The position numbers and the translations under genes were made by a program. A stretch of 63,577 nucleotides of DNA, the filler included, from Dimorphilus gyrociliatus (Eukaryota; Animalia; Annelida), in assembly GCA_904063045.1 (NCBI GenBank). It is 4 parts of 4 records of this genome, joined end to end, with 100 filler letters (N's around TTAATTAATTAA, not from the genome) between each part and the next. Parts side by side here need not be neighbours in the genome. Positions count along the whole stretch, not along the records: positions 1 to 25,020 come from CAJFCJ010000100.1; 3 more parts are not named here. One strand, 5' to 3'. This document shows positions 12,818-25,120 of the stretch, in pieces (the stretch's first letter is position 1; the number at the start of each line of letters is the position of its first letter). The notes below the pieces were generated by a model. It saw nothing but the letters and a program-made list of their open reading frames with translations, made no database searches and was not told where the DNA came from.

Positions 12818-13764
12818 TTTACACAAATAAATAGATTGATACACCAGGTTCAATTCAATTTTTTCCACATTATAGGCTTAAACAATCTTTTAAGAGTAGA
12901 CAATTAATTTTCAACAAAAGAGTGGCAGAATACCAAAAAAATGACGGAAATGAAGATGAAACGCCACTTGATGGTATCGAAAGGGGGAGAAGTGAAAATA
13001 CTAACAATGATATTGAGTTTATTAGAAATAGTAGGTCTACCAGTTTTCAGCGATTGTTATTTATATTACAATATATGTCAGTGCTACTGTCATTAGCGAA
13101 TGAATTATTAGAAAATTTAAAACAGGTGGAAAGAGCCCAATCACGAAAATATCTCCTTCAGAAGGATAACCTAACCCTAACATCACTTTAAAAAATTACT
13201 ATTCTAAATATACAGATATAAAAGGCCTATATTCTTTATTATTTAAAAGAACAAAGTCATTTTTTCCTATACACTGCATGATCAATAAGAATACTTCTAA
13301 CAAATTGACCAATACCAAGCATATCCTTCTTTTCACTTGTTGAATCTTTCATAACAATAAATGTTGATGATAAAAAATATTTTTGTTTAAGTTTGCTGAT
13401 TGGCTGAAAAAAATTCAAAAAATTCAAAAAATTTAAAAATTTAAAAATTTAAAAAATTTTACCTGACAAAAAATAGTCTGTTTACAAATTTCACCATGAA
13501 ATGATAAATCGGATGAATGACATGAAACAACGCAGTTTATTATTGTTTTTATACATTGAAAATAATTATAATTAATAAATAAATAATGATTATTAGTAAG
13601 ATTCTCTAATGAAATCTTTCCTGGAAATGAAGATATATGATTCCTTTCCATATCTCTTAGGAAGTTTATATCTGAATTTGATAACAAAAAAGACATTCAA
13701 AAAAACAACAACATGAAAAGAAAAAGCAAACTCTTTTTCATGTTTAAGAGATGGATTGATTTTT

Positions 13765-16700
13765 TCAAATTTTCCTGCTCTTCAAGCCTTTTATTCTTTT
13801 TGAAAACTTTATATGATTTCCATTCTCCAATTGAAAATATAAATGAATTTAATGTAAATATTAAAATTTGAATTAATAGAGTAATAACAATGTTATCTCT
13901 GTAGCTGACTCTTAATTTCAGAATTTTGATAAAGACAACTTTTGTATTTCAAAATAAATTCAATTATTTGTTTCAATTAATTAATTAATTAGTTAATTAC
14001 CAGCTGATGACAATAGTATCCAGGAAGATAAATGAAGGATAATATACAAGATCACGTGATAAGAAATATATCTTTCCTTCCTGCCTATACTACTTGATTG
14101 TTTATTATGAAGGTTTTTCTTATGAGATTGTAGAGTTAAGTAGATTTTTCCATACATTAAGACCATCATTAAATTTTCAACAAAAATAACAAATCCATAT
14201 TGAATAAAATGAAAATACCAATTGTTTATATCATTAAAATACAAATTAAAACAAGTTGGAGAATTTGAATAGAATGTCTGGAAAAATATTATGAAATGAC
14301 TAAAAGTTTCGAACACTGTTTTGTTTATTTTAACCTTGTCAAATAAATATGGAATAACTGACAAGAAAAATGAAACTACTATATTAATTAATATAAATAT
14401 TGCAACCAGTCTAGCAGTAAGTAGTCTTTTAAATGGAAATAATGTAATAAGGACATAATCAATACATATCAGTAATGCACTACCATTTGTTACAAGAATT
14501 GAAAATGTAAATGAAATTCCCAATGTAGCACAAAAACCACTTTTTCTCCAATCCAAATCGTGTTGAAAGTACTGATTTTGAAATAAATAATTGTAGTATA
14601 ATAGTATTGAAATCACTAGAAATGACAGAATATTTCCAAATGCAACTAATATTGTAAATAGTTGAGATGGTCTATGGAATGTAGAAATTCTATAGATTAA
14701 AACTAATACATTTTCCAATGCACCCAAGAGAGTACAAAGTGTAAAAAACACCATTATTGATATACTATCCATTAGGAATGAACAGGTAAAATATTTTGTT
14801 GGTTTTGGGGTGCATTCAACATTTTTTAAATTATAATTAATCCCGCAGCAAATTGAATAAATTTCTGAGAAAAATTTCTCCAGTTTTGGTTGAAATTTCA
14901 TATTGTTTAATATTTCTCTAGTATTAATTCTATTGATTTGTGTATGGTTCAAGTGGAACTCTCTTAATTCATTCATTTCAAAAAATACTGTTGAATGAAT
15001 TAAGCTTAATTTCAACAAAGTTAACTTGATTATACGTAATTTGACAAGATTTTCGAATAGATTCTTCAATAAAATTGTTATAAATGTTTTTGATAAATCA
15101 AGATAAATAAGTGATGGATAAATTTCAAATGAAAAGTTTGGGTCATTTTCAATTGGATTTTCGGATAGATCTAAATACTGTAAAAAATTTGCTTTACCCA
15201 AACTGTTCAATTGTTTTATTCTATTTCTTTTTAGTGTAAGGTGAGCAGTGTTTTGAAGTGAAATTGTCTCTTGAACATTATTCAAATTGGTGTTGGTAAT
15301 TGTTAAAACTTTAAGTAGATATGAGGATAATTGGTTTGAAAAGTATTGAAAATCAATTAAAGTTATATTGATAAAATTATGGGAAGTCTGTTCCAAATCT
15401 ATCTTATCGTTGTAATCATTCGCAATACATTCAATTTTTGAACTTTTACATATACAATTCAATGGACAAGTGATATTTTCAAAGCAAAAATATTCGTCAT
15501 TACCCAATTTACAATCGACTCTTCCATTACATATTGATAAGGTTGTTATCACTTTCTGCTGATGTCTACATTTAAAAAATCCAGCCGGAAAGAAATAATC
15601 TTTAAAAATAAAGAAACGAAGAGAAATTTTTGTGAAAAAAGAAAACAACACCAAAATATAAAATATTACCACATTCATATTCATCATCACCCAATGGACA
15701 TTGATTAATTCCATCGCAAATATAGCCAAGAGATATACAAAATTTGTGAAGCCTACATTGATATTCACCGATAAAACACTGCATACCAGAGCAACGGGAT
15801 AAATCGTGAAACGGAGCTCCAAGATTTGACTTGAAAAAACCGATATGATCATAAACAACTCTACACTTTGATGGGTAAAAATATAATTCATATTCTCGGT
15901 TTATTTTTAAAACGTAATATTTTTCGAATATTTGTGTTGAAGGATTTCTTCGAAGTGAAGCTGTTAGACTTGATTTTTCAAAGAAATTTGAACAAATTTT
16001 AAATCTTTCATAAAATGTATTTTCTTCATCTAAAAACAATGTTCCAATTTCAGAAGTACTAGAGAAACAAAATCAAGTTTAGAGATGTTAGAAATTCAAA
16101 TAGTATGTTTTATACGAAATATATTTAGTTGCAAATGCTCTGCACTTGGCAATAAATTTGAATAGCCTTAAAAAAGATATAGATGAATTAAGACGAGAGA
16201 GAGAGAGAGAGAGAGGGATAATCAGAATTTTACTTTGTCTCTTCCAAAGTACTAATACACATAATAAATTCCTTTTGAAAAACAATATTATCTCCAGATC
16301 TAAACAAACACCGGAAATGAATTAAAATAATCAATTAATGATAAAAAAAAAAAATACACAAAACATACAGATTTAAATTTTTCAAACAGTAATAAAATGT
16401 TTGAGAAATGACACCAAATTCTATGAAATCATAATGTCGATTACTATTTCATGATAAAAAAATTGTATAGGTAGAGATGATATTTTATAAAAAGTATTTA
16501 ATAAAAAATATTCACGATCTTGGAAATTTGTCTTCAAGGCAAGAAAAAAACATTTTCCTACTAAAAACAAAAATATTAGGACATTATAAGACATTTTCGA
16601 ATGGGAGCAGGTGACCATACTTTACTTAAATGGCACTAATATGAGAGGTTACACCCTACCTAATATTTTGATTAAAATTATTTAATTTTTAAATATTAAT

Positions 16701-19700
16701 TGGAAACAGCAGATGGAAATCTGAACTTTTAGAACAAGTGACAATCTGGAGGGTTGGCACAATAGAATGAATTTGAAAGGCTGATTGGAAGATTCAATCA
16801 TTATCTATGAAAAGGTAACATTTGATAAACAAATTATATAGACATCAGAGAAGATAATCCGTGGAGAGAGAGAAAAAATATGTGGATATTTAGATAAATT
16901 ATTACTTCAAACATCTCACACCATAGCTTTTACCTATATTTTACCTATACATTTTATCCCCCATATTGGTACGGTTTGTGTCAAGTTAGGCCTAATATTC
17001 TAAACTAAACAACAAACAGACTACTTACTTTTCAAGATGCATTTTACAGCTATTGACATCGTTCAGAAAAGCTTTTGTAGTATAATAAAAATCGAAAGTA
17101 TCTCTGAAAACACATGACGTAATGATTTATAATTTAACTAGAATTAAAATCTCCCAATCCTAAATTTTACATAGGTTTATAATTGCATTTGGTGATGCTG
17201 TCCTTTTCGAAACATAAATCAAGATTATTACATCCAGGATAAAGAGGTAGGCAAAGACCATCGCAAAAAAGCTTCTGCCCAATGCATGTATCTAAATTCA
17301 AACAATTGAATTGGTTTGAAAATTGACTATTTATATAATTAATTAACCTTTTCTCATGCAATTATCTTCATCACTCTGATCCAAACAGTCTATTTGGTTA
17401 TTGCATAATTTTTTTGAGTGTATACACTGGCCACTTTTACACGAATATTCCCTAATTTTCAATTTTGTAACACGTTTTAAACTCTTTATTGTAATAAATA
17501 AAAATGTTTTTACCATTCTTTGCATTTTCTTTGAACTGAAAGAAAAGAGATTTATTTCCTTGTTTATGGTGTGAATATGTTATATAACTCAATACCGCAA
17601 CCCTTTTCATCAGATCCATCTTTACAATTTGGTACAAAATTGCATAAATATTGAATAGGAATATTTTCATTACCATTGAAACAATGGAAAACACTTAATG
17701 AACAGTTTTGTTCATCTTCACCACCTGCACAATCTGTATAACCATCACAAACTTGTAATATACTAATACAGGTGTGAGTAATATTGCATTCAAAAGTAAA
17801 TTTTGGGCATTTAAACACAGTTCCAATATTAATATGATAATTTACGAAAGAAACTAAAAAAGAGCGGGAAAAATTATATTTGAATTTTTCAATGAATATT
17901 GTTATTTTTTTATTACATTCTTCACAAGAATGAGGATTAAGAATACAGGGATGGTGTTTTTCAATTTTTAACCTTCTATTCCAAATATCAGAAGAGTATT
18001 TCTTTATTATTTCTGTTTTCAACAATGATATTTGAAAAATATTAGAATATATTTTCTTATTGTTTTGTTTGAAACTACTTGTTTCCTTTATACAAATAAA
18101 ACTTTGCATTTTAATTATATCGCAGCAAAGATGAGTTTTCATTGGATGTAAATACGTAACTATTCCACAATCTCCTTGTAATGGCTAAAAAATGGTTATG
18201 TTAATGAATTTGGAGGAAAAATTAGTGAGTAACATTAACTTTAAAGTCCTTGTAGTATTGATGAGGTCTCTTCAAAGGCGATAAATAGTCAAATTTGTTT
18301 AATCGTTCAAAAACTAGAAATAAAAAATAAAACACAGAAAATTATTTTTTGGTTGGGTATGACTAAAAGTGGCTATAAAGAAAATGCAAATCCCAACAAA
18401 TTTTTTCTAACTTTCTATACAGCTCATTCTCTAAGTTTTTTTTGTCTCAACCCCGTATTATAGTACTCACTGATGATAAACCGAAAGTCTCTGGATAATA
18501 GAAATAAATTTATAAGATCAAAAAGTATTTCTTGACTTTTACGTATCATCGTAAAATAATCGAAAGTCGTTAGATTTTTTTCATTGCATTTTTCTTTAAT
18601 CTCGTAACCATTCAATTGAAGTTTTGTGTTTAATTTTGAATAACAATAACTTTTTATTCTAAATGAATTATATGGACATTCTATTCAATAATTAAAAATT
18701 AGTCTTAAGGCTGATGTTTTTTTCTCATTCTTACTGTTGTAGTTATCCCTAACGCATCCAATTATAAGAAGCCTTGCTATTCTTGCATAATACATTTCAT
18801 AACCTCTATTTAATAAACAAATATTTATTACTTGAGAATTTCAATAAAAGCTTATCATTACTGATAGAAATGAACATTACAGTCATCAAGTGAATGATGA
18901 TGACTTAAACATTGCAGTATTAGGATTTGTTTATTTGTTTCATCTTTTGATATTTCTTCGAATCTAGCTTCTCTCAAATATCCACTATTGAATCCAAAAT
19001 ATTTACATACCAATTCAACAGATTGACTATGAAAACTATGAGGTAAGAAAATATAATAAACATTTTCAATTTTAAGTTTTATTAAACCATCTATAGTATT
19101 CAATTTATTTAGTGTATTGTTTCTTGAAATGTGTTGATTGAGGTTAAAATCATAAAATTCAAAGAAAAATTCATCTATTTCAACAACCAAATGAAAAAGA
19201 AAGTTGTTATTATATCAATATTTCAAATTTTATTAAATATTACACACTTTTACTGTAACAGTTTAGAGTGAAATTAAAAAATTCATTCCACCTTCCTCTT
19301 ATATGAATAACTGAACATTCAAGTATACCAGAAAGTTTGTCGCAGAATAGGAACAGTCTCTCATTAGTTGTCTGAAGAAAAATTATTATGTTTTGGTTAT
19401 TACTAAAAGTGGGTAAAATATAGTAGATAAACCCTTTGAAAAAATTCATTTCCAGCAATTCTTTCACAAGATCTATTATCAGTTTTGAATAGTCTAGTCG
19501 TGGAATTTACATAAATACGATTTAATTCATATTTTTGGAAATTGTTATTATTAAAATATTGATAACACATTTTTGAGGTCAATAATTTTAATCCCATTTT
19601 ATAAGAGATTAAAGAATTTGTTTCAACTGATACAAAATGTAAAGTAGCTTTAAAATGTTTCTCTTCATTCTTAACTATTGTAGCTATATTGAAGGTTTTT

Positions 19701-20531
19701 TTTCTTTTTTTGATCTTTTTAACTGTATTCAAATATTTTCATTCAAGATGTTAACATAAATGTTTACAAACCAAAATTGATTACAACTTCATCACATTCA
19801 AAATATAATAGGTGAGATTGGCTATAATTTTTTGGTGAGATTTGAAATGTTTTAGATGAAGGAACAAAATTAGCTTCATGAGTTGTATTAACATTAATTT
19901 CTTCATTTCTTTCATATATATACTGTATCAATGAACATAATTTCTTATTGGCTTCAATATCTTTAGTTGAAATCTTGAAAGTTTTATGATGCTTTCTATA
20001 GTACAGTTGGATATTTTGGCTACCTTCCTTGCCAAAAGCAACTACAAAAATGAAACAAATAGTTCAATTAATTATTATCATATTTCAAAATTGGGATATC
20101 ATCTTACAATCATCTTTCCAACATTTTAAACACATAATTGGCAATTTTTGTTGTCTAAGTGTAGTATTTTCCAAAATAAAAGTGTCATTTTCAATTATAT
20201 ACTTAAAATATTTTTCTAAAAGTAAAGACGTGCATTATGATTTAAAAATTAAGAAAATCTAGATAATAGAACCAGTTCTAGCTGAGCATGGTATCATTTC
20301 GCTGAATGAGTAATCGTACGAATATTGTTTGCATACAAATGAATAATCACTTTTATCGCACAGATTCGAAAATATTGGAAATTTCTTTTGGAAGTCTTGG
20401 CTGAAAATTTTTAACATTCCTATATCATATTTTTCAGATGTCTCTCTCAAATCATAGAGTATTGTTGTTGATGTAGACAGTACAAAAAGCCAATAGAAGT
20501 AATAAAGGTAAATAGTTGGAAGAGTTTTCAT
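13765..20531 (-). CDS. GRL101-like receptor 1: signal peptide, degenerate SRCR-like region, multiple LDLa repeats, LRRs, rhodopsin-type 7TM (multi-exon, span approximate)
   Basis: Signal-like exon 20259-20531. CKYFGF/LQC SRCR-like segment at 18858-19190. LDLa repeats C..G.CI....CD...DC....DE..C in 17564-18142, 17343-17525 and 15602-16039. LRRs LxxLDLSxN and TM helices in 13993-15891. Last exon ~13765-13898 (DNIVITLLIQILIFTLNSFIFS...). Linkage of the upstream exons is inferred. Confidence 0.75.
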
Positions 20532-21283
20532 TTTTTATATTCTCTTCCACAAAATCTATATCTAAAAATAATATCAAAAAGATTGCCTTTTTTTCATTCT
20601 TATAGAAATGTGACTTATTAGATTAGCCTGCCAATTTGGTATTATACAATAAGTACTTTTATGATTTAAATATTAAGTTATGATTTTTAAAAAATTGAAC
20701 AATAAAGAAATTTAATTATCATGTTTTATTTTTCTTTGAAAAATATTTTTTTACTTTAAAAATAAATGTAAAGAAAACTAAAAGAAATAATCGAGGATAT
20801 AAAATTTATAATCTGAAATTGCAATTGTTCTTGAAAATTTCTAAAAAAGATAGATTCCAAAATTGGTTACCAACGCCATCTATACTTGAATTGAAAAGTG
20901 GAGTTAATGAAAGATGGAAAATTTTATACTCAACTTATATCAATTATAGATTAAGTAAATTAATCTTAATTTCATTATTATCAAGAAATTGAAATTGGAG
21001 AAAAGATGATAAAGATTGAAAAGGAATAGATATGTAAAAGTACTCTTGAAAAAAAGGAAATATTCCTTCCACCTGAAGCTATAAGAGAGGTTGAAAAGGA
21101 TTGAATTATTGGAAATTTTGTTTGATTAGATTTGATTAAATTGCATTTATCTTCTCCTAGAGAAGGCTATGATTGAAAAAGGACAAATGATTCTTATCTT
21201 TGGAGTTTCGGTAAGTGTTGGAATAGCCAACTGTTCAAATTCATTAAACAGAATGCGAACCAGTCGAATAATACCAGACGTTT

Positions 21284-21296
21284 CAAAATGGCCGCC
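21284..21296 (+). promoter_or_regulatory. YY1-like motif CAAAATGGCCGCC upstream of the LRR ORF
   Basis: GC-rich match to the YY1 consensus ~55 bp upstream of the ATG at 21352 in very AT-rich DNA; function untested. Confidence 0.3.
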
Positions 21297-21351
21297 AAAA
21301 TATCTATTCTACCAGAAAAAAAAATTTTGATGCTAAAACGCCGATAAAATC

Positions 21352-22386
21352 ATGTTCAAATCAACTAATTCATATTTGAATGTTTCGATAGAAAATATAT
21401 GTATAGGACTATTACATTCGTCGAAAACCTTGAGGAATGTTACCTTTGACAACTGTAATTTAAATGAAGAGAGGTGTAAACTAATAGGTGAACTATTAAA
21501 AAATTGCTATCAAATAGAAACCATCAATCTAGGAGGGAATAGAGGAATGAAAAATGGAATAGAAATGATTTGCGAAGGTGTTTTAAAATCGTCAAATACT
21601 TTAAAGCACGTAGTGTTTGATGTTTGCAATTTAAAGAGAGACCAATGTAGTATACTGACCAACTTGTTCAAAAACTGTACTCGATTAGAAACGGTTAGTC
21701 TAGCAGGTAATATAGAAATGGAAAATGGAATTGAAATGATCTGCGAAGGTCTTTTAAAATCGTCAAATAGTTTAAGGAACGTTGACTTGAACACTTGTTC
21801 TTTAAATGAAGAAAAATGTAATAAATTAGGTCAACTGTTCAACACATGCTCAAGAATTGAGAAAGTTAATTTCTCTTGGAATAAAGAAATAAAAAATGGA
21901 ATCACTAAAATTTGTCAAGGACTTTTACAGTCATCAATGACTTTGGAAGATGTGAATTTTTGCTTTTGTGACCTAGATAAAAAACAATCGAAATCCATAG
22001 CCGAACTATTAAAGAATTGCTCAAAAATTGAATCTATAAATATCGGATTGAATGAGTGCATGGAAAATGGATTCAAATATATATGCGAAAGTCTTTTACA
22101 GTCGTCAAAATGTTTAAGATATGTAAATTTTTATTATTGCTATTTGAATGAAGAACAATGCTCACATTTAGGTCAACTGTTCAAAAATTGTAAAAGAATT
22201 GAGACTGTTAATATAGAAGGAAGTGGAGAAATGGGAGGTCAAGTAGAAAATATTTGTCAAGGTCTTCTGAAATCATCGGATACTTTAAAGAATATTCAAT
22301 TTGATTATTGCGTTCTAAATGAGGAACAGCGTCAACATGTAAGCAACTTGTTCAAAAAATGTTCACGTTTAGAACATTTTATGTAA
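21352..22386 (+). CDS. Intronless ribonuclease-inhibitor/NLR-type LRR-only protein (six 57-aa double repeats)
   Basis: Repeat IC.GLL.SS.TL..V.F..C.L..EQC..L..LFKNC..IE.VNL..N..M.NG with 28+29-residue alternation; no NACHT in this ORF. Confidence 0.85.
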   Translation: MFKSTNSYLNVSIENICIGLLHSSKTLRNVTFDNCNLNEERCKLIGELLKNCYQIETINLGGNRGMKNGIEMICEGVLKSSNTLKHVVFDVCNLKRDQCSILTNLFKNCTRLETVSLAGNIEMENGIEMICEGLLKSSNSLRNVDLNTCSLNEEKCNKLGQLFNTCSRIEKVNFSWNKEIKNGITKICQGLLQSSMTLEDVNFCFCDLDKKQSKSIAELLKNCSKIESINIGLNECMENGFKYICESLLQSSKCLRYVNFYYCYLNEEQCSHLGQLFKNCKRIETVNIEGSGEMGGQVENICQGLLKSSDTLKNIQFDYCVLNEEQRQHVSNLFKKCSRLEHFM

Positions 22387-23206
22387 ACTGGTATTAAAAT
22401 AGAACCAAATAATGTTATAAATTTTGATCAGAAACCAATTTTTAGGTGACTGTTCATTCTCATATAAGTTTCAATCACATATCTCACAACAACATTTATC
22501 AAAATGGTACAAATATACAATACGACAGATGGCGCTTTTTTCAGTCAATTTTTTCATTTTTACCTTAAAAAAGCACCACCTATGCCCTGACAACATTCAA
22601 GTGAATAATTCTCTTTCAACTGAAGTTTATACTACAGATTATACTGTAAAATGGAGGATCAATACCAGTATTCCCAAAAAAAGTTTACAACTTTTTAGAA
22701 TGAAATATGGAAGCTTTTAAACAAATTTGCATTTTAAACCCAATTGTGTGTATTTCCTTGATTTTTTTCTAATATAAACTTTATTGCAGATAATACAGAT
22801 GTTTTTATATGAAAAAAAAAAAACAACACAACACCATAAACTTTCGAATATGCTTTGCAGCAGTTACAAACCTGTTCATAAAATTTGGACATCTGATAAC
22901 TCATTATATAATTAATATATAGCCAAAAAGTATTGAAAATAGGACTACTTTATGCAGAATTATAATAAAAATTACATTAATAATACCTAATAGGCAACTG
23001 AGTTTTTATTTGTAAGTATCCCGTAGAAAAGTGTGTCATATGTATAAATTAAAAATTGTACTGTTTTCGGATCTTGGTTTTAAACCACTTTTATCATATG
23101 AGAAACAAACGAGAACAGTTTGCAGCAAAAAAAAAAACGGATCGAATCGCATTTGGATTATCAATTGTTAGTACGGACTGATGGAGAGAAAAAGAAAAAT
23201 GGCAGA

Positions 23207-23240
<34 letters not shown>

Positions 23241-23524
23241 CACATGTATATAAAGTTTCGTCAATTGTTAGAGTCTTTATTATTCACATAGGATTCTGTC
23301 TCTTGGTTTTTCCTCCATTCCTATCTTCCTCATTCTCCCCCTACTACTTTTTCTCTGTCTCAATCGAATTGATTAAATACTGCCCAGAACTGAGCCTTGT
23401 TGGTTTTATGATAATCTTAATCATGCGGTCTTCCAGCAAAATGAAACGCTAAAACACTCTGTGTATACTTAGTTAAATGAAATAGTTGATCAATTAGTTG
23501 ATATAATCTTTTAAATCTTTCGTT

Positions 23525-23686
23525 TCAAGCTATAGTTGTTCTGTTGTTAACTCTTGCAAAAGCTTTAACCTTCTCTCGATGATTAGTTCCTCTAATTTTA
23601 AAACAAATCCAGTAGAATGCGCCAAAAATTCCAGAAATTCCTACTGCGCAAGCGGCAGCAATTGCTATGGTCAAAATCATAACCAT
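23525..23686 (-). CDS. Putative 53-aa single-pass membrane micropeptide
   Basis: After a TTCAG acceptor: MVMILTIAIAAACAVGISGIFGAFYWICFKIRGTNHREKVKAFARVNNRTTIA; hydrophobic helix followed by a basic tail. Confidence 0.4.
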   Translation of the reverse strand: MVMILTIAIAAACAVGISGIFGAFYWICFKIRGTNHREKVKAFARVNNRTTIA

Positions 23687-23999
23687 TGTAAATCTGAAGG
23701 GTTTACTAATGAAACAAAAAATTACAAACATCTGGTACAAGTTGATTAATTAAAAATTAATGATTTTTCAAAAGCAACAATAAAAATATTTATAAAAGTA
23801 ATAAACTATGAAAGAGGTCACGTGGTCCTTATTTAGTCTTAAAATACTCTGTACTTTAAAAGTTCTAAATTTCTATTCTTCCTTTCTCTATATTGCTCAT
23901 TTGTAGGTCATAGTTGTGCCATTTCTTGAAGGCTTGATTCATTGTCTGTTTTGAATATGCAATTGCCTATATTTTTTGCTATAGCCATCCTATTGATTC

Positions 24000-25020
24000 C
24001 AGATCTGATTTCCCTATTCCATCGTTGTGGGTGGGTGATTGGTGTTATATCTTTCACAAACATGAATAACTAATCACCGGCCATACACATAAATAGCACA
24101 TCATAGGTTACCAGCATACATATATAAACTGTAAATCATTGTTTATTGACACAACACAATCATTGCCAATTATCTTGTTCAAAACCTTTTAACAAATGTT
24201 AAATTTCTGTAAATGAAAACTCAGCCTCTCTTCCTTCTGAGGTAACCATATTGATCAATCAAACTATTCAGTTCGCAAGCCGTTGCCCAATCATTAAAAT
24301 TTTCATCACTATACAGTTCTTTCATATTTATTATGTTTAGAGAAGCGGATGGTTTTACCAATTGCTCCTAATCGATAGTCAGCATGTATGATAGAAACGG
24401 ATAGATATAATTTATTAGATAAAGATATGAGCAGGAGTTGATTTATTGCCTTAAAACATTAATTTACTTACAAAAATATAAATTGTTGTAAAATTTATAA
24501 ATCCATTATATGAAATTTCACATTTATGGCTAGTTGCCAAAATGTTTGAAATGTCTCCAACAATATAAAACATGTTTTGAATTGTATAAAAATCACATTG
24601 ATTTCTAAGTTCATTTAAACATAAAATTTCCAACCTTCTACAGGACAGATTGTAAACTTGGAAGAGAAGCTGGAATTGTATATAGTGTTTTTATTTTTTT
24701 GATAAACAAACGAAATCTAGCTAATTAATTCATTATATAACATTGGAAGAATATTCTTTATCTGATGGCTATTTGGGTAATTTTGGCAATTATGATATTC
24801 AAAAACTATTTAACCTATAATTGAAATTTTGTTTGTAATTGCTTGCTTGAATTATTTGAAAAATAAAAATTAAAAAATAAAGAAACCTTTATAGTCAATT
24901 GTTGTCTGTCTGCCAATTAGGATATCATTAATAGAGTCCTAGACAAGCAACGTTTAAATTAACTACTCAACATTTCATTGTAAAATTCCTCAAATATCAT
25001 CGATCTGAGAAATACATTAC
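24000..25020 (-). pseudogene. Decayed LRR-family-like relic(s)
   Basis: Stop-riddled frames with LRR-like words. ORF 24451-24633 (DFYTIQNMFYIVGDISNIL...ISYNGFINFTTIYI) is homologous to ORF 28593-28955. Confidence 0.35.
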
Positions 25021-25120
25021 NNNNNNNNNNNNNNNNNNNNNNNNNNNNNNNNNNNNNNNNNNNNTTAATTAATTAANNNNNNNNNNNNNNNNNNNNNNNN
25101 NNNNNNNNNNNNNNNNNNNN
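25021..25120. other. Artificial contig spacer (N-run/TTAATTAATTAA/N-run)
   Basis: 100 bp with a central all-frame stop linker; same design as the two other gaps. Confidence 0.95.

Noticed and set aside
12922-13191. 89-aa ORF after the lectin gene
   Set aside because: GTG start, no domain, runs into a TAACCCTAAC repeat fragment; cannot be supported as a gene.
4658-23240. (CT)n/(GA)n microsatellites at ~4658, ~16195 and ~23215, and the AAAAATT(C/T) run at ~13405-13460
   Set aside because: Ordinary simple repeats in introns or intergenic DNA.
25066-25077. TTAATTAATTAA as a biological palindrome or PacI-type site
   Set aside because: Occurs at the centre of all three N-runs; it is a linker.
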